The translations under genes and the position numbers were made by a program. Positions 20,830-29,844 of a DNA stretch of 64,000 nucleotides are shown one piece after another. Positions within the stretch are counted from its first letter, which is position 1. Each line of letters starts with the position of its first letter. The notes beneath the pieces are model-generated. The model saw only the letters and a list, made by a program, of their open reading frames with translations, made no database searches and had not been told where the DNA came from. Source of the DNA: Candidatus Eiseniibacteriota bacterium (lineage in GTDB: Bacteria; Eisenbacteria; RBG-16-71-46; CAVPCR01); contig CAVPCR010000005.1 of assembly GCA_963702435.1 (NCBI GenBank), positions 32,001-96,000 on the forward strand, read 5' to 3'.

Positions 20830-23800
20830 ATGGCGACCAGCCTGGTCAGCAGCATCTCCGAGCCCGCGGGCGAATTCACCAGGGTGGAGGGCGAGGAGTT
20901 CTACCGGATCTCCGCCTACCACCGCCTCCCTCCCTTCCTGATGAGCATCGCGAGCGACAGCGATCTCTGGATGTTCGTCTCGTCCGGCGGCGGCCTCACC
21001 GCAGGCCGGGTCGATGCGGAGGGATGCCTCTTCCCCTACGAGACGGTCGACCGGCTCCACGACGCGCATCACCACACGGGCCCCATCACGCTCCTCTACG
21101 TCCGTCGCGGCCGCGAGGACGGCGCCCTGTGGCAACCCTTCTCCGATCCGGACCGCGCCGAGTTCGCCATCGAGCGCCATCTCTACAAGAACACGCTCGG
21201 CAACCGGCTCCTGTTCGAGGAGATCAATCACGATCTCGAGCTCACGTTCCGCTACCGGTGGGCGGCGAGCGAAGCCCTGGGCCTCGTGCGGAGCGCGACG
21301 CTCGAAAACCGGAGCCCGCGCGCCGTGTCGGTCGAGGTGCTGGATGGATTCCGGAACGTGATGCCCCACGGCGTCCCCCTCGCCCTCATGCAGAGGTCGA
21401 GCAGCCTCGTCGACGCGTACAAGCGCGTTGACTGCGATCCGGCGACCGGGCTCGGCATCTTCTCGCTCACGGCGCAGATCGTCGACCGCGCGGAGGCCGT
21501 CGAGGAGCTCCGCGCCAACGCGGTCTGGTGCACGGGACTCGACGACCCCGCCGTCCTCCTCTCGCTCGATGCTGTGGCGGCCTTTCGCCGCGGCGAGCCG
21601 CTGGCTACCGAGCGCACCCTGACCGGGCGGCGCGGCAACTACCTCGTCGCCTCGTCGCTCGATCTCCCGCCGCGCGCGAGCGCGCGCTGGCACCTGGTCG
21701 CCGATATCGGCCTCTGCCATCTCCAGCTGGCCACCCTCCGCTCTCGACTGCTCGGGAGCGAGGATCTCGGCGGGGAGATCGAGCAGAGCCTCGACGCCGC
21801 CTCCGACAACCTGCGGCGGAACGTGGCGAGCGCGGACGGGCTCGCGCTCACTGCGCGCCAGGAGACAGACGTTCATCACTTCGCGAACGTCCTCTTCAAC
21901 AACATGCGCGGCGGGGTCTTCGCCGACGGCTATCGCCTCTCGGCGGCGGACTTCGGCGCCTTCCTCCGCCGGCGCCACCGCGCCGTCGCCGATCAACACG
22001 CGGCCCTGGTCGCCGCCCTGCCGGCGGAGATCACGGCAGCCGATCTCCTGCGCGCGGCGGAGGGCACCGCGGATCCCGATCTCGAGCGGCTGAGCCGCGA
22101 GTACCTACCGCTCTACTTCGGGCGGCGCCATGGCGATCCGAGCCGGCCCTGGAACCGCTTCGTCATCCGGGTCAGGAACGACGACGGCAGCCGGGCCCTC
22201 GGCTACGAGGGCAACTGGCGGGACATCTTCCAGAACTGGGAGGCGCTGGGCCTGAGCTTCCCCGACTTCCTACCGAGCTTCATCGCCAAGTTCGTGAACG
22301 CGTCGACGGTCGATGGATTCAACCCTTACCGGGTCACGTCCGAAGGCATCGACTGGGAGGTCGCCCGCCCCGAAGACCCGTGGAGCAACATCGGCTACTG
22401 GGGCGACCATCAGATCGTCTACCTGCTCCGGCTGCTCGAGGCGATGGCCCGCGTCTCGCCGGGCGCGCTCGAGAACCTGCTGGCGCGGGAGATCTTCTCC
22501 TACGCCGATGTTCCCTACCGCCTGAAGCCGTATGCGGCGATCGTCGCCGATCCCCATCGCACCATCGTCTATGACACCTCGCTCGCGGCGCGGATCGAGG
22601 AGCGCGTGCGCGCGCTCGGCGCCGATGGGAAGCTCCTTCCCGGGCCGGATGGCGGGATCTACCACGCGAACCTGCTCGAGAAGCTCCTCGTCCCCGCGCT
22701 CTCCAAGCTCTCGAATCTCGTGCCGGGCGGCGGCATCTGGATGAACACGCAGCGGCCGGAGTGGAACGACGCCAACAACGCGCTGGTCGGGCACGGGATC
22801 TCGGTCGTGACCCTGTGCCACCTCCGCCGCTACCTGGGCCTGGTCGAGAAGCTCCTCGCCGGGCACGGCGCGGAGACCGCGGCCATCTCGACCGAGGTGG
22901 TCGCCTGGTTCCGCGAGCTGAGCTCGATCCTGGGCCGGGAGAGCGCCCTCCTCGACGCGCGGCCGCTCGACGATCGCGACCGGATGCGGATCCTCGAGGC
23001 CGTGGGCGAGGCGTTCTCGGCCTACCGAGCCCGGGTGTACGCCGGCGGTTTCTCCGGAAAGCAGCCGCTCGCCGTGGCGGAGGTCATCGAGTTCTGCGGA
23101 CACGCTCTCCGCCTGATCGACCACGCGATCCGCGCCAACCGGCGGGAAGACGGCCTCTACCACGCCTACAACCTGATCGAGATCGCTGCGAACGGCGAGG
23201 AGGCCCGGGTCCATAAGCTCTACGAGATGCTCGAGGGCCAGGTGGCCGCGCTGAGCTCGGGCCTCGTCGGACCGAAGGAGGCGGTCCGGCTTCTCGCGAG
23301 CCTCTTCGCGAGCGACCTCTACCGGGCCGATCAGCGGAGCTTCCTCCTCTATCCGGCGCGCGAGCTGCCGTCGTTCCTCCTCCGCAACGTGGTGCCTCCC
23401 GAGAGGGTGCGGGCGGTGCCGCTCCTCCGCGAGCTGGTGGCGACCGGGGAGCGCTCGCTCCTGGCCCGCGATGCGCTCGGCGTCCATCGCTTCCACGGCG
23501 ACATCCGCCACGCGCGCGATGTGGCCGCCGCGCTCGACCGGCTCGCCGGCGAGGAGCGCTGGGCGAGCGCGGTGGCACGGGACCGCCAGGCGGTCCTCGA
23601 CGTCTTCGAGGGTGTCTTCGCCCACCGGTCGTTCACCGGTCGCTCGGGCACCATGTACGGCTACGAGGGTCTGGGGTGCATCTACTGGCACATGGTGACG
23701 AAGCTCCTCGTCGCGGTGCAGGAGGTCACGCTCCGCGCCTTCCGCGAGGGCGAGTCTGCGCCGACGCAGGAGGCGCTGGTCGGGTTCTACTACCGCATTC

Positions 23801-24294
23801 GCGCCGGCCTCGGCTTCGAGAAGACGGCCGCCGAGTACGGCGCCTTTCCCACCGATCCCTACTCGCACACGCCCGCCTTCGCGGGGGCGCAGCAGCCGGG
23901 GATGACCGGACAGGTGAAGGAGGAGATCCTGACGCGGTTCGGCGAGCTCGGCGTCCACGTGGAGAGCGGCGTCGTGAGTTTCCGGCCCGTGCTGCTCCGG
24001 CCGAGCGAGTTCCGGACGGTGAGCGGGGACTACGCGTACTACGACGTCGAGGGGCAGTCCGGGGTGATAGCGGTGCCGGCGGGAGGACTCGCCTTCAGCT
24101 TCTGCCAGGTGCCGATCGTCTACGCGCTCGGCCGGCACGCCGCCCGCGTGCGCGTCACGGACCGGGACGGCGTGTGCTCGGAGCTCGCGGGCGACACGCT
24201 TGATGCGGCGATGAGCCGGGCGCTCTTCGCGCGGTGCGGCCGCATCGCCCGGATCGATGTCGACGTGCCCGCAGAGGTGCTCTGCCGCTACTGA
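20830..24294 (+). CDS. GH149 beta-1,3-glucan phosphorylase
   Basis: 1154 aa with no signal peptide. Motifs HFANVLFNNMRGG, YLPLYFGRRHGDPSRPWN, YEGNWRDIFQNWEAL, WMNTQRPEWNDANNAL, FPTDPYSHTP and AQQPGMTGQVKE. Context includes GH16 and GH1. Confidence 0.85.
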   Translation: MATSLVSSISEPAGEFTRVEGEEFYRISAYHRLPPFLMSIASDSDLWMFVSSGGGLTAGRVDAEGCLFPYETVDRLHDAHHHTGPITLLYVRRGREDGALWQPFSDPDRAEFAIERHLYKNTLGNRLLFEEINHDLELTFRYRWAASEALGLVRSATLENRSPRAVSVEVLDGFRNVMPHGVPLALMQRSSSLVDAYKRVDCDPATGLGIFSLTAQIVDRAEAVEELRANAVWCTGLDDPAVLLSLDAVAAFRRGEPLATERTLTGRRGNYLVASSLDLPPRASARWHLVADIGLCHLQLATLRSRLLGSEDLGGEIEQSLDAASDNLRRNVASADGLALTARQETDVHHFANVLFNNMRGGVFADGYRLSAADFGAFLRRRHRAVADQHAALVAALPAEITAADLLRAAEGTADPDLERLSREYLPLYFGRRHGDPSRPWNRFVIRVRNDDGSRALGYEGNWRDIFQNWEALGLSFPDFLPSFIAKFVNASTVDGFNPYRVTSEGIDWEVARPEDPWSNIGYWGDHQIVYLLRLLEAMARVSPGALENLLAREIFSYADVPYRLKPYAAIVADPHRTIVYDTSLAARIEERVRALGADGKLLPGPDGGIYHANLLEKLLVPALSKLSNLVPGGGIWMNTQRPEWNDANNALVGHGISVVTLCHLRRYLGLVEKLLAGHGAETAAISTEVVAWFRELSSILGRESALLDARPLDDRDRMRILEAVGEAFSAYRARVYAGGFSGKQPLAVAEVIEFCGHALRLIDHAIRANRREDGLYHAYNLIEIAANGEEARVHKLYEMLEGQVAALSSGLVGPKEAVRLLASLFASDLYRADQRSFLLYPARELPSFLLRNVVPPERVRAVPLLRELVATGERSLLARDALGVHRFHGDIRHARDVAAALDRLAGEERWASAVARDRQAVLDVFEGVFAHRSFTGRSGTMYGYEGLGCIYWHMVTKLLVAVQEVTLRAFREGESAPTQEALVGFYYRIRAGLGFEKTAAEYGAFPTDPYSHTPAFAGAQQPGMTGQVKEEILTRFGELGVHVESGVVSFRPVLLRPSEFRTVSGDYAYYDVEGQSGVIAVPAGGLAFSFCQVPIVYALGRHAARVRVTDRDGVCSELAGDTLDAAMSRALFARCGRIARIDVDVPAEVLCRY

Positions 24295-24369
24295 CGCGGG
24301 CTACGCGCGCGGGCCACGCGCGCGGGCTACGCGCGCAGGCCACTGACGCGGGCCACTCGCGCGGGCCAC
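24288..24369. repeat. 13-bp degenerate tandem repeat (6 units plus a partial)
   Basis: c[tc]ac-NNN-cgc[ga]gg units start at 24288, 24301, 24314, 24327, 24340 and 24353, between convergent genes. Confidence 0.85.
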
Positions 24370-24380
24370 GGCACCGGCCG

Positions 24381-25982
24381 TCACTTGAGAAGGACGAGCG
24401 GTCGGCTCTCCACCGCCGTCCCGACCCGGAGCCGGTAGACGTACACACCGGATGCCGCCAGCGCTCCGGCATCGTCGCGTCCGTCCCACACGACCTCGTG
24501 CTCCCCGGCCGGTACCGCTCCTCGCCATAGCGTGCGCACGAGCCGGCCGCCGATATCGTAGATCGCGAGCTCCGTGTCCCCGGCGCCGGCCACGCGGTAG
24601 CTGATCGTGGTCTGCGGATTGAAGGGATTCGGGCGCGCCGTGGAGAGAGCGACCGCCGGGCCGCGCGGCAGCGGGGCGTCCGCGATGCCGGCGGGGCCGC
24701 CTCCGTCCGGGACGAAGGTGAACCGGTCGAGGATCACTTCCTGATCGGTGGCCGGCGGCGCCTCGAACTGCCAGAGATTGACGTGGACCCGCGGCTGCTC
24801 CGGCCGCGGGATGTGCGGTCCGGTGTAGGTCCACGCGTGGATCATGTTGGCCGACGACTCGTCCGCCGGTCCGCCGCGCCAGCTCCGGTACTCGACGCGA
24901 TCATGGAGCCAGCGGAAGGCGTGGCTCGTGAGCTCATCCGCGACGAAGGTCGCGGTGAAGCGGCTCAGGTTCCCCGGGTAGTCGAACGGCTGGGCGACGA
25001 ACTGCGCGGCCGAGTTGCCCGCAAAGCCCCACCGGCTCCACTCGACGTCGATCTCGTTGTGCGGATTCCACCACAGGTACGCCGGGTCGTAGCAGGCCCC
25101 GTACTGCCACAGGAAGAGCCCGAGCACGACGTTCGGATGCAGGGTATCGAGGCGCCCGCGGGTCGTGAAGATGTAGTCGCCGTAGCCGAGCGGCTCGACG
25201 AGCGCCACCTCCGAGCTGTACCACGAGCTGCCGACGCGCCGGATCGTCACGTGCAGCCGGCCGTCCCCGTCCACCCAGACCGAGCTCGGCGCGTCGCTGA
25301 AGAGGTTCGGCCCGGGGCCGTAGTACCCCGGCCCCTTCACCCGCCAGGTACGGCCGCTGAAGGAGACCGTGCGCCCGCCCGGAAAGTCGAACCACTGCCG
25401 CTGGTCGAGCGTGGGCGGGCCCAGGCTGTCGAAGGTGGCCTCATCGTAGATGACATCGGGGACCGGATCGGTCGGGCCCTGCAGCACGCCGAGGAGGAAG
25501 TGGGCAGCGGCAGTCCCCGCGGGGGCGGGCCCGCTCGTCACCGCGAAGAGCTGGACCTCGTCGAGCGGCGTCGACGCGTCGGCCACCGTGTAAGACTCGT
25601 AGCTGATGAGGGCGCCGCTCGCGCTCCGCCATTCGATGTTCAGGATCGCCCGCGACCCGCCCGTGAGCGGCCGCGGCAAGGCATGCCGGACCTTGACGGA
25701 CGCCGTCCACCGCCCGCCCGGCGCCGATTCCTGGCGCTGCCAGTACGCCGAGACATCCCAGCCGCCCTGGTTGGGGCCGGAGACCCGCGCCGCCACCGCG
25801 CCATGGGTGGCGCCTGCCGACGACCCGACCGCGCCGAACTGGTTCCAGCCGGCGAACCGCAGGCCCGAGCCCGCGATCTCGAAGCTCGGATTCGCGAGCA
25901 TGCACTGCGCGGAGGCGTCACCGCCCGTCGCCGCGAGGAGGATCGCGGAAAGGAAGAAGACAGCTGTCCTGGACATCGACAT
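24381..25982 (-). CDS. Secreted protein with a CBM-like domain, GH16-like domain and FlgD-Ig CTD
   Basis: Signal peptide, LANPSFE...YDEATF, LGYGDYIF...VLGLFLW...HNEIDVEWSRWG (ExDxE), and a PNPFNPQTTISY CTD. Confidence 0.7.
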   Translation of the reverse strand: MSMSRTAVFFLSAILLAATGGDASAQCMLANPSFEIAGSGLRFAGWNQFGAVGSSAGATHGAVAARVSGPNQGGWDVSAYWQRQESAPGGRWTASVKVRHALPRPLTGGSRAILNIEWRSASGALISYESYTVADASTPLDEVQLFAVTSGPAPAGTAAAHFLLGVLQGPTDPVPDVIYDEATFDSLGPPTLDQRQWFDFPGGRTVSFSGRTWRVKGPGYYGPGPNLFSDAPSSVWVDGDGRLHVTIRRVGSSWYSSEVALVEPLGYGDYIFTTRGRLDTLHPNVVLGLFLWQYGACYDPAYLWWNPHNEIDVEWSRWGFAGNSAAQFVAQPFDYPGNLSRFTATFVADELTSHAFRWLHDRVEYRSWRGGPADESSANMIHAWTYTGPHIPRPEQPRVHVNLWQFEAPPATDQEVILDRFTFVPDGGGPAGIADAPLPRGPAVALSTARPNPFNPQTTISYRVAGAGDTELAIYDIGGRLVRTLWRGAVPAGEHEVVWDGRDDAGALAASGVYVYRLRVGTAVESRPLVLLK

Positions 25983-26403
25983 TCGAGGCTCCGCGGGGGA
26001 TCCTGGCGAGGGGCGGATCGGCTTACGTCCTTGATTCTAGCACGTCGGGCTCGCGCGCGCTCCTCTGGACGCTGCGCGCGGTGCTCGCGCTCTGGCTTGT
26101 CAGCTGCTCCTCAAGGCGCACGCCCGACTCCCTCCCCGGCGCCTCACCTTGTTTGTTCGCCTGAACTCACTCGGGCGTAGATAGAAGCAGCAGCCCCGAC
26201 GGCCGCTGCGAGCGTTCCTTTCCTCCCGCCAGCCGCCTCGCCGAGCCTGTTCGCCGGTCAGCCCTCGCACGTAATGAAAGCAGAGGTCCCAGGCGGCCAG
26301 GCGGCCGGCCAGGCGGCCACCCTGCCGCCATCACCGCGACCCGCTCCATCGAGGAAAAGACGGGTGGGAAGATATCCCGTCGCACGACCAGGAGGTTTCG
26401 ACC

Positions 26404-27441
26404 ATGAAGGTTCATCTCGCGGCGTCCCTGTTGCTTGTCCCAGCCATGCTGGCGACCAGCATCGCCCTGGCTACCCCGCTGGGGACCGGCTTCACCTACC
26501 AGGGACAGCTCAATCAGGGCGGAGTCCCGGTCAACGGCGCCGTGAACCTGCGCTTCGGTCTGTATGACGCGGCGACCAGCGGCGCCAACCTCGGCGCCCG
26601 TCAGATCCTGACCGGTGTCCCGGTGGCGAACGGCCTGTTCACCGTGCAGCTGAACGGGAGCGGCCAGTTCGGCGCGAGCGCCTTCAGCGGAGACGCTCGC
26701 TGGCTCGAGGTCGAGGTCTGCACGGATCCCGGCTGCAGCTCCTCGACCGTCTTGAGCCCACGCCAGGCGCTCACCGCGACCCCCTATGCGCTGACCGCCG
26801 CCAAGCCCTGGAACATCAGCGGCAGCAACATCTCCTTCTCCGGCGGTCACGTCGGCATCGGCACCGCGTCGCCGCAGGGGCCGCTCGATGTGGCAAGCGG
26901 TGCGGGCTCGTTCGTGCGGGTCGATGCAACGAACGGCGATGTCCATTTCAACGGCGGTGTTGACGGCGCCTTCGGCCTCTACAACGAGAGCGGCGCCGCC
27001 GGGCGCACCGAGATCCTCGGACAGGGCTTGCCGCGGCTCGCAGTTCTCAACTCCGGGAACGTGGGCATCGGGACGACGGCGCCGGCTGCCGCGCTCGACG
27101 TGCGCGGGGATGTCAAGCTGGGCGCGACCGGCCAGTACTTCGCCACCGGCGGCGAGGAGAACCTCCGCGTCATCCGCGGGACCATCGGCGCGAGTGGAAA
27201 CGTCTACTTCGGCTCGGGGTTCTCCGTCTATCACGGGACGCTCGGCATCTACGACATCGCCTTCTTCGGGGCCTTCCCCAACGCGCCCACCATCACCGCC
27301 ACCGTCGAATACTCCTCCGGCGCCCCCCTCTTCGCCATGACCATGGGTGTCTACGCCGGCGGGGTCCGCGTGCTGGTGATCAACCACGCCGGCTCGCCGG
27401 CGGAGGGCATCATCCATTTCGCCGCAGTCGGGCCCAAGTAG
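26404..27441 (+). CDS. Secreted tail-fibre-like protein A1 (FTYQG domain, GxVGIGT repeats, small beta-sandwich tip)
   Basis: Signal peptide. PLGTGFTYQGQL...LSPRQALTATPYAL, two G[HN]VGIGT..P...LDV repeats, and a C-terminal AF..AFPNAPTITAT...IHFAAVG resembling H-lectin or fibre tips. Confidence 0.65.
   Translation: MKVHLAASLLLVPAMLATSIALATPLGTGFTYQGQLNQGGVPVNGAVNLRFGLYDAATSGANLGARQILTGVPVANGLFTVQLNGSGQFGASAFSGDARWLEVEVCTDPGCSSSTVLSPRQALTATPYALTAAKPWNISGSNISFSGGHVGIGTASPQGPLDVASGAGSFVRVDATNGDVHFNGGVDGAFGLYNESGAAGRTEILGQGLPRLAVLNSGNVGIGTTAPAAALDVRGDVKLGATGQYFATGGEENLRVIRGTIGASGNVYFGSGFSVYHGTLGIYDIAFFGAFPNAPTITATVEYSSGAPLFAMTMGVYAGGVRVLVINHAGSPAEGIIHFAAVGPK
26474..27002 (+). repeat. 529-bp identical direct repeat, copy 1
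   Basis: Reads identical to 28209..28737 (offset 1735) by manual comparison. Confidence 0.9.
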
Positions 27442-27467
27442 CCCCTCAAGGAAGGAGGATGAGAGCC

Positions 27468-28070
27468 ATGAGACGTTCTGTCCACGGCATCGAGCCCAAA
27501 CCGCGCCGGTGCGATCTGTTCCGGGTCATCGGGCTCGCGATCGGCTGCGCGGCGTTCGCCGCGATGGCGGTGACGCCGGCCCGCGCTCAGTACTCGCTCG
27601 GCTGGTTCACGATCGACGCTGGCGGCACGACGGGCGCCGCCGGCGGTTCATACACCCTGCGCGGAACTGCCGGGCAGCCGGATGCGGGCTTCCTGACCGG
27701 CAGCAGCTACGCGCTCAGCGGGGGCTTCTGGGGAAGCACCAACACGACCACCGGCATCGTCCCCGACGAACCGGCCGGCGGCGCAGTTCCACTTGCGTTC
27801 CGGCTCCACACCGCCGCACCCAATCCCTTCTCGCAGCGCACGTCCCTGGCCTTCGACCTACCGGCGGCCAGCGCCGTGCAGCTCGATGTCTACGACGTGG
27901 CCGGGCGGCTCGTGAAGACGCTGGCCAGGGAGTCGCTCCCTGCAGGATCGCACGAGCGAGGTTGGGATCGAACCGACCGGAACGGCCGGCCGGTCGCGGC
28001 AGGCATCTACTTCGTGCGCTTCGACGCCGGGACGATGGCGGCGCGCGAGAAGATCGTCGTGCTCCGATGA
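27468..28070 (+). CDS. Small secreted Gly-rich partner protein B1 with a FlgD-Ig CTD
   Basis: Signal peptide, QYSLGWFTIDAGG...YTLRGTAGQPDAG..TGSSYALSGGFW, then a PNPFSQRT...YDVAGRLV...AGIYF CTD. Confidence 0.75.
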   Translation: MRRSVHGIEPKPRRCDLFRVIGLAIGCAAFAAMAVTPARAQYSLGWFTIDAGGTTGAAGGSYTLRGTAGQPDAGFLTGSSYALSGGFWGSTNTTTGIVPDEPAGGAVPLAFRLHTAAPNPFSQRTSLAFDLPAASAVQLDVYDVAGRLVKTLARESLPAGSHERGWDRTDRNGRPVAAGIYFVRFDAGTMAAREKIVVLR

Positions 28071-28138
28071 TGCGCGTACCGGATCGCGATGACCCGTCCG
28101 GCAGCTATCGACGTCAGAGAACCATGGAGGTCTCGATC

Positions 28139-29176
28139 ATGACAAGCAAGCTCTGGGCGGCTGCATTGTGCATCACGGGGATGCTGGCCGCCGGCCTCGC
28201 CCTCGCTGCCCCGCTGGGGACCGGCTTCACCTACCAGGGACAGCTCAATCAGGGCGGAGTCCCGGTCAACGGCGCCGTGAACCTGCGCTTCGGTCTGTAT
28301 GACGCGGCGACCAGCGGCGCCAACCTCGGCGCCCGTCAGATCCTGACCGGTGTCCCGGTGGCGAACGGCCTGTTCACCGTGCAGCTGAACGGGAGCGGCC
28401 AGTTCGGCGCGAGCGCCTTCAGCGGAGACGCTCGCTGGCTCGAGGTCGAGGTCTGCACGGATCCCGGCTGCAGCTCCTCGACCGTCTTGAGCCCACGCCA
28501 GGCGCTCACCGCGACCCCCTATGCGCTGACCGCCGCCAAGCCCTGGAACATCAGCGGCAGCAACATCTCCTTCTCCGGCGGTCACGTCGGCATCGGCACC
28601 GCGTCGCCGCAGGGGCCGCTCGATGTGGCAAGCGGTGCGGGCTCGTTCGTGCGGGTCGATGCAACGAACGGCGATGTCCATTTCAACGGCGGTGTTGACG
28701 GCGCCTTCGGCCTCTACAACGAGAGCGGCGCCGCCGGAGGCACCTACATCGTCGGACAGAACGCGCTGCGGCTCACGGTCCTCAACACCGGGAACGTGGG
28801 CATCGGGACGGCGACGCCGGCAGCCGCGCTCGAGGTGCGCGGCGATGTCAAGCTGGGCGCGACCGGCCAGTACCTCACGGGTGGCGGCGAGGAGAACCTC
28901 CGCATGATCCGCGGGACCATCGGCCCGAGCGGCAACGTGCTCCAGGGCGCGGGGTTCTCCGTGTACCACGGGACGCTCGGCATCTACGACATCGCCTTCT
29001 TCGGGGCCTTCCCCAACGCGCCAACCATCACCGCCACCGTCGAGTACACCTCCGGCACCCCCCTCTTCGCCATGAACATGGGTGTCTACGCCGGCGGAGT
29101 CCGGGTGCTTCTCATCAACCACGCCGGCTCGCCGGCGGAGGGCACCATCCACTTCACCGCGGTCGGATCGAAGTAG
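28139..29176 (+). CDS. Secreted tail-fibre-like protein A2 (paralog of A1)
   Basis: GGAGG RBS and the same 345-aa length. The signal peptide differs, the mature N-terminal half is identical and the C-terminal half has diverged. Confidence 0.7.
   Translation: MTSKLWAAALCITGMLAAGLALAAPLGTGFTYQGQLNQGGVPVNGAVNLRFGLYDAATSGANLGARQILTGVPVANGLFTVQLNGSGQFGASAFSGDARWLEVEVCTDPGCSSSTVLSPRQALTATPYALTAAKPWNISGSNISFSGGHVGIGTASPQGPLDVASGAGSFVRVDATNGDVHFNGGVDGAFGLYNESGAAGGTYIVGQNALRLTVLNTGNVGIGTATPAAALEVRGDVKLGATGQYLTGGGEENLRMIRGTIGPSGNVLQGAGFSVYHGTLGIYDIAFFGAFPNAPTITATVEYTSGTPLFAMNMGVYAGGVRVLLINHAGSPAEGTIHFTAVGSK
28209..28737 (+). repeat. 529-bp identical direct repeat, copy 2
   Basis: Identical to 26474..27002. 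Confidence 0.9.
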
Positions 29177-29182
29177 ACCAGT

Positions 29183-29217
29183 CGCGGTGTCCCGCGCTTC
29201 CGGCGCGGGACACCGCG
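29183..29217. terminator. Perfect 15-bp hairpin between convergent operons
   Basis: cgcggtgtcccgcgc-ttccg-gcgcgggacaccgcg begins 6 nt after the A2 stop. No clear U-tract. Confidence 0.65.
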
Positions 29218-29274
29218 TGGATCTCCATCGCGCGCCTTGCGGTCCCGCGCTGATCTCTGTTCATCGGGTCTGCG

Positions 29275-29844
29275 TCAAGGCACGAACACGAGCTTTCGCG
29301 TCACCTGGTCCACGCCTTGCTCCAGGCGCAGGAAGTAGACTCCAGCAGCCAGCGGGCGGTTCGCGTCGTCGCGTCCGGTCCACCGCATCGCATGCTGCCC
29401 GGCCCCCATGCCGGTGTCGAGCAGCGTCGACACGACGGCTCCTCGCAAGTTGAAGACGTGGATGCGCACCCGATCGGCCGCCGGCAGGTCGAAGGCAATG
29501 TGGCCGTACCGCCGGAGTGGATTGGCCGCGCGCAGTGCGAGCTGCAACACCGGCGCCGGCGCCGGGTCCCCCTCGACGCTCGTCGCGATCGCCGGCGGCT
29601 GGCTCCAGAAGCCGCAGCTCAAGCTGTACGAGCCGCCGGCCTGCACCCCGGTCTCGGCCTGACCCGCGGTGCCCTGAAGGGTGTAGGTACCGCTCTGGCT
29701 CCGCCCGCCACCGGCATCCACGGTCGACCATTTCACGGCGTACGGATCGGATTGCGCATGTGCAACGGGCGCAGAGAACGCCGCGATCGCGGCGAGCACA
29801 GCAATCGCGGCGGCGCGCGCGCCAGGATCATGCATGATCTTCAT
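29275..29844 (-). CDS. Small secreted Gly-rich partner protein B2 with a FlgD-Ig CTD
   Basis: ATGA overlap with the S8 gene. YAVKWSTVDAGGGRSQSGTYTLQGTAGQAETG...GGSYSLSCGFW, then an ANPLR...WTGRDD...AGVYF CTD. Confidence 0.75.
   Translation of the reverse strand: MKIMHDPGARAAAIAVLAAIAAFSAPVAHAQSDPYAVKWSTVDAGGGRSQSGTYTLQGTAGQAETGVQAGGSYSLSCGFWSQPPAIATSVEGDPAPAPVLQLALRAANPLRRYGHIAFDLPAADRVRIHVFNLRGAVVSTLLDTGMGAGQHAMRWTGRDDANRPLAAGVYFLRLEQGVDQVTRKLVFVP

Noticed and set aside
24288..24369. CRISPR array
   Set aside because: The units are 13 bp and contiguous, with no spacers and no cas genes.
26151..26170. Fourth ROK operator upstream of the GH16-like gene
   Set aside because: Only the TTTGTTCG half-site is present, and the second half does not match at the 5-bp spacing.
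27509..28138. N-terminal extension of A2 (555-aa ORF)
   Set aside because: It is an off-frame overlap of B1. The RBS, signal peptide and paralog length place the start at 28139.
26404..29176. Diversity-generating retroelement (template/variable repeat) explaining the A1/A2 differences
   Set aside because: The differences are not adenine-specific, both copies are full genes, and no reverse transcriptase is present in the window.
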